DNA of 59,223 bases from Saprolegnia diclina VS20 (taxonomy: Eukaryota): positions 305,476 to 364,698 of the forward strand of contig NW_008246075.1 of NCBI RefSeq assembly GCF_000281045.1. The letters run 5' to 3'. A model generated the notes under the pieces. The model did not search any database, had not been told where the DNA came from, and saw only the letters and a program-made list of their open reading frames with translations. Position numbers and translations under genes: made by a program. Of the stretch, positions 10,926 through 25,168 are shown piece after piece; position 1 is the stretch's first letter; every line of letters starts with the position of its first letter.

Positions 10926-13223
10926 CTAGAATGGGAGGATTGGGTTGCATTGGGCTGCTGAGTCCTGCTGGAATTGGTCGGTGAGCTCGTGGATCGCTGC
11001 CACAAAAGCGTCGATCACGCAAAGGTCATCAGCACCGGCGTCGCACGTGTCCATAAGCGCGGTCATACCATCCATCGCGGCGGTCACCGTCGCCTTGGAG
11101 AAGACGTCGTTGGCCGCCACCGGCTCCACGAGGCCGCCGAAGCGACGCTGGAGCCCAAACCAGATATGGCGCAAGACGTTGCCGACATGCACGAGGTCAA
11201 GGTGCAAAAACGCATGCCACTCGGCATCCAGCGTGCGCCGGAGATCGGCGAGGTCAGTCGGCTCTTCGACGCTGAAGAGGAGGCGCAACGACCGACTGAG
11301 CTTTGTCGTTATGGTCAGGCGCTTGACGGCGCGCGTCTGCGCCACGCCATACGCCTTCTGAAGCTTGCTGCGGCGGTCTTTCTGGTCGTGGTACCGCTGC
11401 TTGGCAGCGCCCGCATCTCGAGCCCACACCTCGCCAGCGTTGTGGATCGTCGCTGCACCGATTGAGAGCTTGAACGCCGTCGCAAAGCCACCGCGCGCAC
11501 TCGGGCGACCGCCGACCCAGAACTGCGACCCGCGAGTGCAGAGGTCCGAGATCGCTTCCAGCGCTGGGATCGAAGGCATGCGGCCGACGATGCGCAGGGC
11601 GTTGTACGCATGCAGGACGACGGTCGTTTGGCGCATGTCGTCCATGGCCCGGTAGCCGAGCGCAAGATGCGCCGAGATCACCACGTCGAGCATCCACTGC
11701 CCGGCCATCCACGGGTTCAGCCACGCTCGGGTGCGAGCGACCGCCGACGACTCGTCGTCCTTGGTCGCTGCCCACAGAGCAAATCGGAGCGTCTCGGCGT
11801 CCGCGTCGAACACACGCTTGTGCTCGGTGATGAGGTTGGGGCGCTGCAAGCCGAGAAGGACGTGGCGATACGACTGCTTGAGCGCCACGACGGTCGACGC
11901 GGCCACCGATGCGCACGTGATAGCGTCCTCTGGCGGCCCTTGTACGGCGAGTATCGAGACAAGCAGGCACTGTGTGGCAAACACGAGCTCTGTCGACGCC
12001 ACCTTGGTCTTGCCATACGCGCGCAAAAGCGTGACGTACGGCCGCAGTGTCGCCCCGGTGCACTTGCCGTAGCGGCCATCGTTCTTGTCCGACGTCTGCC
12101 GCATGGCGATCGTGAGCAGCGGGACGAGGACGTCGAAGAACAGCATGTCATGCAGCCCTTTGGTGGACGTGGCAGGCGCCGTGGCCTCGTCCCACGCCAC
12201 GCGAGAGGTCACCGCGATGCGTGTTCCCGGCTGCAGGATCGGTGCGACCATAGCCAGAAGGTTGTAGACCTTGCCGAGATGGTTGTCGCCGCCAAAATGC
12301 CGCGTATTCTGCGTCCAGTCGCTGCGTAGCGCGGCTATATACGCGAGCTGCAGCAACGAAGCACGATCCTCTGGCAGACCAAGCGTGTGTGCCATCGTGG
12401 CGACGAGGTCATCGAGCGGAATGCGGTGGTCGTCCGCGCGCAAGCACCAGTCGACGGTGTCGCCCATGCTGAGATCCGAGTGGCTCAAGAGGAAAGCGGC
12501 GAGTGGCGTTTTTCCAAGAAGAACACCAACGTCGCCGAGCGTCTTGAGGTACGGAAGCTCCAAACAAAGCTCGGACGCAAGGGACTCGACGACGCGGACG
12601 CAGTGGTTGGTAACGGCGGTCGCCGCCAAGAGCGTCGTCTCGCCTTGCTTGAAGGCCGCCCAGACAGCATGCACCTCGCCCATGAGCTCATCCATGTCCA
12701 GCACGAAGCATGTTGCGCGAAACTGATCGTCGGCAAGTTGCGCCACTCGTGCATCCGCGGGCAACGTCTGCACTGGAGGTGAGTACGCCGTCGCATCAAA
12801 ATGCGGCATGTCATCGTCCTCGTCGTCTTCGTCTGCAAGAACCTTGAACGGGTTCGAGAGGCCACCTTCTGCCGCCGTCGTGCGCCGAGTTGCAGTCGGC
12901 GGTCGTCGCGGCGCGAGCTTGGATCGAATCGCGCGCAGCAAGTCGAGAAAGTGCATGTGGCCAGCGTCGGGCGGTAGCGACCGTGTTGCCATCCAGCGCA
13001 GACGAATACTCGTCGAGAGCTCCGTCCAGATGTGCGCCGGCACGAGCAGCCCTTTGTCGGCGACGTCGAGAGCGGCGGCCCAGATCTGTTTCGTTGTCCA
13101 TGCCCCGGGCGTCGTCGTCGCCTTCTGCTTCTTCTTCTTCGTTGTTGCCGTCGACGTCACACGCTGAAGCCACGAGACGACGGCGTCGGTGGCGGCCTTG
13201 TACTGGTGCCACCGGCTCGTCAT
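10926..13223 (-). CDS. 765-aa intronless protein with DUF6604-like N-terminal domain
   Basis: Single long ORF. Motifs [19 protein letters not shown]...[21 protein letters not shown]...VW..FKQG...LLAATAVTN and HAYNAL match the pattern I recall for the mainly fungal DUF6604 family. Confidence 0.75.
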   Translation of the reverse strand: MTSRWHQYKAATDAVVSWLQRVTSTATTKKKKQKATTTPGAWTTKQIWAAALDVADKGLLVPAHIWTELSTSIRLRWMATRSLPPDAGHMHFLDLLRAIRSKLAPRRPPTATRRTTAAEGGLSNPFKVLADEDDEDDDMPHFDATAYSPPVQTLPADARVAQLADDQFRATCFVLDMDELMGEVHAVWAAFKQGETTLLAATAVTNHCVRVVESLASELCLELPYLKTLGDVGVLLGKTPLAAFLLSHSDLSMGDTVDWCLRADDHRIPLDDLVATMAHTLGLPEDRASLLQLAYIAALRSDWTQNTRHFGGDNHLGKVYNLLAMVAPILQPGTRIAVTSRVAWDEATAPATSTKGLHDMLFFDVLVPLLTIAMRQTSDKNDGRYGKCTGATLRPYVTLLRAYGKTKVASTELVFATQCLLVSILAVQGPPEDAITCASVAASTVVALKQSYRHVLLGLQRPNLITEHKRVFDADAETLRFALWAATKDDESSAVARTRAWLNPWMAGQWMLDVVISAHLALGYRAMDDMRQTTVVLHAYNALRIVGRMPSIPALEAISDLCTRGSQFWVGGRPSARGGFATAFKLSIGAATIHNAGEVWARDAGAAKQRYHDQKDRRSKLQKAYGVAQTRAVKRLTITTKLSRSLRLLFSVEEPTDLADLRRTLDAEWHAFLHLDLVHVGNVLRHIWFGLQRRFGGLVEPVAANDVFSKATVTAAMDGMTALMDTCDAGADDLCVIDAFVAAIHELTDQFQQDSAAQCNPILPF

Positions 13224-13441
13224 GTGCTGTGGCTTGCAAAAGGGCGACTGCGATCAGACTGCAACATGCCCTAAAACAAGGAAACGTTGACCTATTCAGG
13301 ATAAATCCTCAAATTGAAGGCCGTGCACAAAGTGCGTCATCCTTCCAGCAGTGGGATCTCGGGATTGTATTGCCGCCTCCTCTCCAATCGCAGTCTGCTG
13401 TATGTTGGTTCCAACATCGGCGCGCAAATCCATCAAGCTGT

Positions 13442-13546
13442 GGCGTCGGTCTCACGGCCGCGGTCGTGCGCGACCAGATCACCAAGGAGATGACGCTCGA
13501 AGGCGGCGCGCTTGTGCTGGCCGACATGGGCATTTGCAGCATCGAC
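13442..13546 (+). pseudogene. Isolated fragment of an MCM (MCM7-like) helicase AAA+ domain
   Basis: Translates [35 protein letters not shown], the MCM box between Walker A and Walker B. Similarity stops abruptly on both sides (no EFDKM follows). Confidence 0.85.
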
Positions 13547-14277
13547 CACAAAGACCAACCACACCCTGCCCCAAGAAAACCCGACGATTAAGGCAGGGGA
13601 CGTTTGTAACAAGGTGAGCCGCCCGGTTACCACAATCTCGCCCGAACGTGTGGGTCACTGTGCACCGTCGCCGTGACCGCACACGCCGTGTCATCTTTTC
13701 TTCAGTTTCGTTCGTCTTGCATCCATATCAGTTCAAGTCCCACCATCCTCTGCACATACGCATTTGCACGTGCCTCGTTGCCTTTGCCACGTTGAAGTAT
13801 GCCCTTAGTCTAGCTCATCGTATCTAGCATAGTAATTCTAGGTTAGTCTTCTGTCGTATTTCTTTCCAATGATCACGTTCAGTTTTGCCTTGTCTCGACC
13901 ACCGGGTCTTGTCTAAGGCTTACGCTTCCTCATCACGCGCAGTAGCAGTGCCTCAACGGAGACGTCCAAGAGCCACTCGTTACAACGTTGGACTTCAATG
14001 CACATGATTCCGTACACCGACGAGTCCAAACTACGTCACACGTAGTACACGATCCCTCCGCTAGATTGCACGCTAACCCAATGCAAAACCTCAACCAAAG
14101 AGCTCGACCAAAACCAGCCCCAAGAAAACACGAGGTTAACCCTAGTTTAATGTAGACGGAAAGTCGAGGGTTCGATCCCATGAAATGCCCCGGAATTACT
14201 AGCTTGCTAAGGGGATTTGGCTTTTTGGACACGAATGCATTTTATCGAGTTGTTCAAAAACAGCCGAAATGAGGGAC

Positions 14278-14319
14278 TATCGACTGCTGTGCTAGAGTAT
14301 CGACTGCTGTGCTAGAGTA
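14278..14319 (+). repeat. Exact 20-bp tandem duplication (TATCGACTGCTGTGCTAGAG x2 + TA)
   Basis: Read directly from sequence. Confidence 0.9.
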
Positions 14320-14604
14320 ACATCGCAACTGTCGATAGAGAATAGGGTCCTTGCGGTAACGGTATAATATAGTGAAAGATTTGACAGCGTCGTGCGTGGG
14401 AACGCTGGACAAGCGGCAACGATTACACTGGTCCGCTCCGTCGAAAGGTCCTTGTTCTCAGCTTGAGCTTGCATACCCGATGGCCGTCAAGTAGCCCTAC
14501 CCTAGCCCGTTCTGGCACCAACCCAATAAACGCGACGAGTGGACATGCGACGACAGATGTAGTACTACGACTTCGCATTCAACTTGCATGTTGTTGCTTC
14601 TCGG

Positions 14605-16903
14605 CTACGCTGTCAGAAGATCGCGCTGGGTCTGACGAAGTCGCGTCGAGATTTGCAGCGCATTGGGCCGAATATCCGCGTCCATGCAAAGGCAGTCAGC
14701 GCCAAGCGCGCGCAGCCAGGCCGGTCCATCGACCGAAAACGACGGCGCCAATGTGCCTTGCAGCACGCGCGTCGCAATGACCGAGTCGCTCAGCGCGTGC
14801 CCGCGGGCGTTGCGGAGCTCCGCGTACGGAAGACCGCGCGTATCAAGCTCCGAGAGGATGACGCCAAAGGAGTAAATGTCGGCGGCCGTCGTATAGTGGC
14901 CGCTCTGGAGCACCTCGGGCGCGACCCACCGGCACGTGCCGACGCCGGCCGTCATCGTGCCGCTTGACACTTCGCGCGCGACGCCAAAGTCGGTGAGCTT
15001 GATGTGTCCACCGGTGTTGAGGAGCACGTTGCGTGACTTGAGGTCGCGGTGGATCACGTCGAGCGAGTGCAAATACAAGAGACCTTCGGCGATCGCCAGC
15101 GCCATCTCGAGCCGCGCCGACTCGATGAGGACGACGTTGGTGGCGAGCAGTTGGCGCAGGTCGCCGAGGTCCATGTACTCAACAACGCACCAGAGATCGA
15201 TGGGCCGGCTCCACGCCGCGCCGAGGAAGCGCACAATATAAGGGCTCGATAGTCTGCACACATTCATGAGCAGTTGAACGTCAAGAAGTCGTAGTCGTCG
15301 TACTTGGAGAGGAGCTTGGCTTCGGCGACGAGGCCGCAGACGTCCTTGATCGCTGTGCGGTGGGGCAGCAGCGCCTTGATTGCGACAGCCTGCCCGCGGT
15401 AGCTCCCGAGAAACACTTGGCCAAACGCACCAGATGCGAGGACGCGCTGCTTGGTCAGCAGTGCCTCGTCAATGCGGAACGGCAGCAGGTCGGTCATGTC
15501 GAGGCGGTCGTGCATGCTCGCGTCGCTGACGCTCGACGGCGCCGTGCCATCGTCGCTCGTCTTGAAGTAGCTGTGGCCAGATCCGCTCTGCTGCGCGCAC
15601 TGGCGCTTGAACGCAAAGGCGCTGATGACAACGACAGCGAGACCAGCGAGGCTGCCCCAGACGATCGGTCCGGGTGACGCGTGCGACGAGTTGAAGAACG
15701 CTATCCAATGTACGTACGGGCGTGACGACATACGATATGTACTCGTACGATGACGTACGTTCTGGCGACACGCAGACCGCGATGCTCAGGCTGTTGCCAT
15801 TGGGGATGCCGAGGAGGGTGCCGCCGGCCGCGCACGATAGGACCTTGGATGCGCCAATCACAACGTTTTTGGCGTCCTTGAGTGCAAGGTAGGATGGCAT
15901 ATCCAAAGTGAACTCGGCCAACTCGCAGCGATCGCAGCGGCTGCATGGCATGAGCGAGCGACACAGAGGCAAGGTAGATCGTACAAGGTCATCAAGGTGG
16001 TCGAGAGCTGCACGTTCTTGATGCTCGTGATCGCATTGGCGTCGAGGTTCCTAGCATGTCCATGGATCCGATGTAAACGGCAAGGTATGGTGCCATAGGG
16101 GCTCATACACGTGGCTTGTGCGGCGCCAGTCGTAGTTCTCCAAGGCCACGAGCGAGTTGTTGTAGAGAGAGCTAGAGAGAGAGAAGCTGTGTTTTCGAAC
16201 CGCTATAGAGTCGCACGGTGTACATCGTATCGACGACCGGGCCATTGACGTAGCTTTGCAGCGTATTGTTGTCCAGCACGCTAGCACACGCCGTAGAGTA
16301 CTTGACACAGAGAGGCCAGCGCAGTAGACAGTACTGTACATCGAGGTGAGTCGCGCAGGCCAGAGCACAGTCGCTGGCAATGTCGAGAGGCCGTTGTTCG
16401 GTAGCGCCCTACGCAAATACTTCAACACGGCGTGTTGCATGGACGAGGTTCGCGTTGTCAGACAAGATCGAGAGGGAAGCGGGAAGCACCATCTTGTCGA
16501 GCTGTACGCCTGGGTTGAAGGCAATAACCCTATGATCGCATAAGGCGTGCATCATCCAGAAAGGGTCGTCGTACAAGGTCATGCAGTTTGCGATCGCACT
16601 GCCGTTCGGTGCTTTCGAGAGGTCGCCGACGGTCTTGATCCCATTGCCGACGAAGCGTAGCATACTGAAGTCCGGGATCTGGAGCAATGCGGAGGCGCTG
16701 GTTGTGACGAGGCCTCGAGACGCGATGAGACTTGCGGTCGTCCAGGACGCGACCTCGGCGCAGCGGCTGTCGACGACGCAGAGGGCCGTGCTGTCGTTCA
16801 TGCAATAGCCGGTCGACAAGGAAGGCCCTGTGTATGGACAGGCCACCTCGGCCAAAGTCACACCAACCACCGCGAGGACGGCGGCCATAGGTCGGCGGAG
16901 CAT
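14605..16903 (-). CDS. LRR receptor-like kinase (TKL group): signal peptide, LRR ectodomain, TM helix, kinase domain; multi-exon
   Basis: N-terminal MLRRPMAAVLAVVGVTLA; LRR-like exons (LPNNGLSTL, LYNNSLVAL, LDANAITSI); TM IVWGSLAGLAVVVISAFAF; kinase motifs LASGAFGQV, VAIK, HRDLKSRNVLL, DFG, GTCRWVAPE, DIYSFG. Confidence 0.9.
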
Positions 16904-17307
16904 GGTTGCACCTGGGTTGCTTCGGTCGAGATTGGAAATGCCAGAATATCGAAGTGCAAACTGGTCGTTTCAGCCAATCCGAATCGAGCACCCAACACCG
17001 TCGCACCTGATTGGCTACTTTTGCCAAAGATCGCGATCCACGCTTTCGATATAGCTCCACGTCATAGTCTGCACATGCATATCGAAACCTCCCATGAGGC
17101 AGGACACTGGCCGTGCTCAGCAGCAGCAGCTGCGAAGGAGACCGTCGTTGGCGGCAATAATACATGAGCGCAAGGCAACAAACAAAGAGATGAAAGTGAC
17201 GAAGGCGATCGATTGCCAGCGACGCATCCTGGCGCAATCACGGCGCCCCATACAAAACTACTACCACATACTAGTACAAAACTGCATGTTTGCGACTCGA
17301 GCAAGCG

Positions 17308-18106
17308 CTACGACTGATGCAACCCGCATCGGCAGCTAGCCTAGACCACGTATGAGTCGAAGATCGTAACAGCATTCGGATGATACGTGGCCGTGGCCGT
17401 TGCCGGGCTGCGGTGTCGCACTGAGGTAGGCTGCACCACAGCGGTAGCAAAAGGCCCGTCCGCTAAGTACCACAAGTGTATACTTTAGGGCACAAGAGCA
17501 CACTTCTTACCACTTGCACGTCACGTAGTTGCAGCCACCATTGCGCTCAATGACCGCATGGCACGCAGGGCAGTGCTTCCAGCCCATCGCTGTCTTGAGC
17601 GTCATAAACTGCGTATGGTCTGGGTCGCCACCAGAGGCGAGAATGCGCTGGTACGCGGCGCAGTCGAGGTTCTCGTGCCACAGGGCGTGACAGCCATGGC
17701 AAAAGTGCACCTTGCAAAACGAGCACTGCGCCTTGACCATGCCGGCGTACACTGCGTAGGGTCGACTACACACTTTGTTGGGGCAGAACGCACGATGCGC
17801 CTCCGCGACCTTGCTGGCCAAGAGACTCTGGAACTGCGCAAGGAGCGTCGAGCCCACAAGACTCGCAACATCACTGGGCGCAATCTCACGCTTGCACGCA
17901 ACCACGCAGCAGGTGATGGGCGCTTCACGATGCTTGACCTTGGCTTCCAATTGCGCCCGAAGACAGTTGCCGTGATAGCGGTGCTTGCAGGCGAGCTCCC
18001 AGCTCCCGCCGGATACACCGCGAGACATGAAGCGCGAGAAGATCGACGGATGCCCAATCGCATCCATGCAAATGAGGCAGATCGTATCGGCGTGGGCTGT
18101 GGCCAT
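17308..18106 (-). CDS. RBR (RING1-IBR-RING2) E3 ubiquitin ligase, small Ariadne-like
   Basis: RING1 CLIC...CKHRYHGNC...CCVVAC; IBR CPNKVC...CSFC...FCHGC..LWHENLDC; RING2 CPAC..IERNGGCNYVTCK|CGRAFCYRC. The last exon and stop are inferred from gt...tag introns. Confidence 0.88.
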
Positions 18107-18642
18107 GACGCGTCGAATATCGCAATGCGCTGCAGCTGAACGACCACGCCATACAGCACCCCAACGGTCCGACGTCGCTTTCGCCGTTGCTTCGTGCACG
18201 CGCCAATCAGGATCAAGACTGCGTAAAGATGGGCCAATCAAAAGCGCTAGACGAATGCCCCTCGATGCAAGTTCATGGTTGACACAAGCCAGCATGGCTC
18301 TTGTACTGCGAATACCTAGTTTCCTTTCCCTATGACGTCGTAAGACGTCAATGCGAGGCTAGTAGCTGCTTTCGACAAACTCATCTGCAGCTCTTGAGTC
18401 CTACCGTAGAGTGTTCGTGGCGTCGCAGCCTCTCGGCAAGTTGACACGTTGAAGTTGTGTGTTGAAGCGTTGAAGAAACCTCTCCCATTGCATAAACCTT
18501 TCACAATGCATACATCAGCTTAACCGGTTGTGTCGTACTCGCAGCCGTTAATCTTAACAGCTAGCCGATTCGCCGGTTTGTCGTGGCACCAGTCCTTTCG
18601 ATTGGCCAATACGAATATTCTGTATCCAACCATCCTCGCAGC

Positions 18643-20109
18643 ATGAGTGTTCTCTTTGGGGCGAAGCGCAAGCGCAAGGCCGTCGAGCCGGCCGCGGCCG
18701 CAGCGACCGACGATGTGCTCGTACCAGCGACGGCCAAGGTCACACCTTCGATCCTCACGACCTTCAGCGACCTCGGCCTCGACCCATGGCTCGTGACCAA
18801 GTGCACGCTCCTCGGCTTGCACAAGCCGACGCCGGTCCAAGTCAACTGCATCCCCGAGATCCTCGCCGGCCGCGACGTCCTTGGCTGTGCGCAGACCGGT
18901 AGCGGCAAGACGGCGGCCTTTGCGCTGCCCATTCTGCACACGCTCGGGAAGGAGATGTACGGCCCGTTCGCGCTCGTCTTGACGCCGACGCGCGAGCTTG
19001 CGTTCCAGATCGGCGAGCAGTTTCAGGCGCTTGGCAGTGGCATCTCGCTGCGGTCGTGCGTCGTCGTCGGTGGCGTCGACATGATGACGCAGGCCCTCGC
19101 GTTGCAGGAGCGTCCGCACGTCATCGTCGCGACGCCCGGCCGCCTCCACGACCACATGCTCCGCCCCAACCCGCCCAACTTGAAGCTCATCAAGTACCTC
19201 GTCCTCGATGAAGCCGACCGGCTCTTGAGCTCGACGTTCTCCAAGGACCTTGCGTTCCTTCTCGACCGCATGGGCTCGTCGTCGCGGCAGACGCTCCTCT
19301 TCTCGGCGACGATGACAGCCGACCTCAAAGACTTGGAGGCGGTCGCGCTCACGAATCCGTTCCGGTTCGACGCGACGCCGTCAGCGACGACCGTGAGCCA
19401 GCTCAAGCAGTCGTACCTCTTTGTGCCGGCGCAGATCAAGACGACGTACCTTATGTACCTCATGTCCAAGCTCGTCGACGACTCGGTGCCCGAAGAACCC
19501 GCGAAGAAGAAGAGCTTCAAGGGCAAGAAGCACCTGCCGATCGCGATCCCGGAGGCCGACGGGAAAGACAAGACCGAGTCCATGGTGGTCTTTGTCGCTA
19601 CGTGCAAGTCGTGCCAGCTCGTGGCCGAGATCGCGCTCGAGCTCGAGCTGCCGTGCGTCGTGCTGCACTCGATGATGGGCCAGTCCCGGCGTCTCGCAGC
19701 GCTCGGCAAGTTCAAGTCGGGTCTTGCGCGCGTCCTCATTTGCACGGACGTTGCGTCGCGTGGTCTCGACATCCCCGAGGTGACGCACGTCATCAACTTT
19801 GATTTGCCCCGGGACGCCGACGACTACATCCACCGCGTCGGTCGTACGGCCCGCGCAGGTCGGAAGGGTACTTCGATCTCGATCGTGACGCAGCACGACA
19901 TTGAGCTGCTCCAAAACATTGAAAAGGTCATTGAGAAGCCGCTCGACAACTACGAAGCGCACGCGCCCGAAACCGAAGTGCTCAAAATGCTCAACGACGT
20001 GACCACCGCGACGCGCGTCGCCAAGATGAAGATGACCGAACACGGCTTTGACGACAAGCTCAAGCAGCGCCAGCAGCAACGCAAAAAACACACCAAAAAG
20101 TCGACATAA
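18643..20109 (+). CDS. DDX49: DEAD-box RNA helicase DDX49/Dbp8
   Basis: FSDLGL..W, PTPVQ, AQTGSGKT, PTRELAFQI, GG.DM..QALAL...PH, DEADRLL, SAT, TDVASRGLDIP, YIHRVGRTARAG; intronless. Confidence 0.9.
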   Translation: MSVLFGAKRKRKAVEPAAAAATDDVLVPATAKVTPSILTTFSDLGLDPWLVTKCTLLGLHKPTPVQVNCIPEILAGRDVLGCAQTGSGKTAAFALPILHTLGKEMYGPFALVLTPTRELAFQIGEQFQALGSGISLRSCVVVGGVDMMTQALALQERPHVIVATPGRLHDHMLRPNPPNLKLIKYLVLDEADRLLSSTFSKDLAFLLDRMGSSSRQTLLFSATMTADLKDLEAVALTNPFRFDATPSATTVSQLKQSYLFVPAQIKTTYLMYLMSKLVDDSVPEEPAKKKSFKGKKHLPIAIPEADGKDKTESMVVFVATCKSCQLVAEIALELELPCVVLHSMMGQSRRLAALGKFKSGLARVLICTDVASRGLDIPEVTHVINFDLPRDADDYIHRVGRTARAGRKGTSISIVTQHDIELLQNIEKVIEKPLDNYEAHAPETEVLKMLNDVTTATRVAKMKMTEHGFDDKLKQRQQQRKKHTKKST

Positions 20110-20164
20110 ATACAAGCGAATCCGAGACACAACCACCTCCCTTGCATCGCTCGACAGATAACTA

Positions 20165-20178
20165 AGATAGATACATAC

Positions 20179-20215
<37 letters not shown>

Positions 20216-20223
20216 CAGATGAT
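20165..20223 (+). repeat. (AGAT)n microsatellite, slightly imperfect
   Basis: agatagatacatacatagatagatagat...agacagat, downstream of DDX49. Confidence 0.95.
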
Positions 20224-20533
20224 ACTGAAGTAGAGTCCGTGGTGTCAGGTTGCGTGGTGGTGGCCCAGCAGAGGAGCTGCAGGTGCTAATGCTGACGCAT
20301 GCTAGCCGAGCTGTAGCCATCTCACTTGATGCTTCAAGTGGCCTGCGTCGCCTTGTCTTGGTCATCGCGATCGGGATCGAACCTCGGACATGTCATCGAA
20401 AGGACTCCATTATGGAGACGAGCGGGTGCTTTGTAGAGCCAAGCCAAGTCCGCCACCAGCGTCGCCAGAGTGTCGATGTAGATAGACTATTCCAAGCTGC
20501 TCTTGTATGATTCCTATTTCTACACTCGACGGG

Positions 20534-23214
<2,681 letters not shown>

Positions 23215-25168
23215 CTACGACCACACGCCGAGCGTCACCGAAAAGGGGCCGCCGCCACCGCTGTGCACATGTTGTCGATAGCTTTGTGGCATTACCATCC
23301 ACATCCACATAGGTTCAGACCCAGCAGCAACGCAGCTACAGGCTCCTCTCGCTCGCAGAGAATAAAACGTGGTTTTGTCATGCGTTGAAACGACGTTTAA
23401 CACTTGAACGCAATGGGTTGAACCAAACTTCCTCGACCTTCGTTGCATGCTGGAGAGAGCTGGAGGAGGACGAAAGGTCCAAGCGGCGGCAATCGCGGGA
23501 GTGCGTCAGTGATCTTGTGATTAGCATGCCGAAGCGAAGGTGCTCTGTTGAGAAAGCATGTCGTGTCCGGGCTGTCGCGAGAGATACTACGGTATGCAGA
23601 CTCGACAGAACCAGATGACGATCGTAGTCATCGTACAAGCTTGCACTACGCGGTGTGATGACCATCTCCTTCCTCGTTGTGTGCCCATGCTTTGGACACG
23701 CTGAGCATTGCGAGCAGTGTTGTCGAGCAAGGATGGTCGACTGATTGCAGTGATGGCTTGACGTTGCTTTGCGCGAGAGAGATCTCCATGTCCATGGACG
23801 CACTGCATTTGCATTATCCGTTGACGGTGACGGTGACGTGGATTACTTGCAGCTGAAACACGATTTCAATGCTACACGGCAACAAGATCGAGGCCGATGC
23901 AGTCCGAGAAGCACATACCAAGCACAGACGAGCAGCTCGTCGCTACGCTCCGCGATGTTGGAGTCCTCGTCGATCGGACCGCTACCTGCGTTGTACCATG
24001 CAGGCTGTGGACCTCCCAGGGTAGGCCCCCGCTCGAGCGTTGCCACAACCGATTTTGGCAGGGCCGAGACGAGACGAGGCGGTACTCGTGCTCATCTTGG
24101 CGACGTAATACGCGGTTGGCGTTGGCGACTGCCACTGCAGCCCGAACGGCGTTGTACCGATGCGCTGGTCACGACCACTAATACCGCGCACGACCCGGGC
24201 GGGGCCGGGACCGAGGTGTACCCACAGCAATCTGGGCTATGGCCGGCGGCGATGTCAAGGACCACATTCCGCCACCTCGAGAACAGCCGCGCTGCAACAT
24301 GAAAGCTTTGCACTCGAAGGCCCGAGTGCCCATAGCAGCCCGAACACAAGACGTCTATTGGCCACCCGCACTTGATCGACGAGCTCGATGGCGGCACCAA
24401 GTCTACTTGACGACAGCTCGGCTCGCTCGGCGTCCACGAAGAGCACGCGTTCAAGACCCCGGCCACAATACTGCTGCATGATTGCCTGCAGTGATGCGCC
24501 ACGCCGCCGCACTGCATGAACGACAGCTTCGTGTACGCGTGCGCCATCTCGTGCTGTGCGGTGGTATGCTCAGGAGCGTTTGCACGGCTCGGCGCCTCCG
24601 GTCTCCGAAGAGCAAGACCAATATCTCGTTTCGTAATTGCATGTTAATGGGCACTGTAAGATGCTTATAGAGTCTGCGCTACTGTGCGCGTCGGTGTTGC
24701 TCGATGGTTTGGGGCGCGGAAGATGCGCGCTAATTTGAGCTGCACGATGAAATTGTACATCGTGCTGGGATCTTGTCTTGGGCGTTTGTATGCCGGTCGC
24801 TTCGAATTTCGATTCACGCAGAGCTGCTTCTATCCGGCATGAATCCGGTCAGTCGTTCAAGCATCATGGCGTCGGATGCCCCGACGACCGGCCCGGCCGC
24901 CGAGGGACCCGCCCGGTGGGTCCCGCCGTGTCGGATGCTTATCACGTGAAAAATGTGTGACGTGCCACGTCATCAACAGATGCAACGGGCATCCACACCG
25001 CGTTTTTCACCAAATACCACGTAAAAAATCATTAATAATTCATTTAAAAGCGACGTACGGTGCCACGTGGGTTTTACGCATACGTTTTACAACTTTAACG
25101 CACCGTTGCTGGACCTTGAACTGTGAGACGCTGAAGAAGATCTGTGCTTCATTGTGGCTCGTGCACCC

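Noticed and set aside
14143..14179. tRNA/Pol III-like boxes (TAGTTTAATG ... GGTTCGATCCC)
   Set aside because: A-B spacing is too short for an anticodon arm, the T-stem pairs poorly and there is no acceptor stem; not a tRNA. A similar lone GGTTCGATCCC at ~20372 (-) is also unsupported.
23655..23744. Possible box C/D snoRNA (GTGATGA...CTGA...CTGA)
   Set aside because: No terminal stem and no recognisable rRNA-antisense guide; such short boxes occur by chance.
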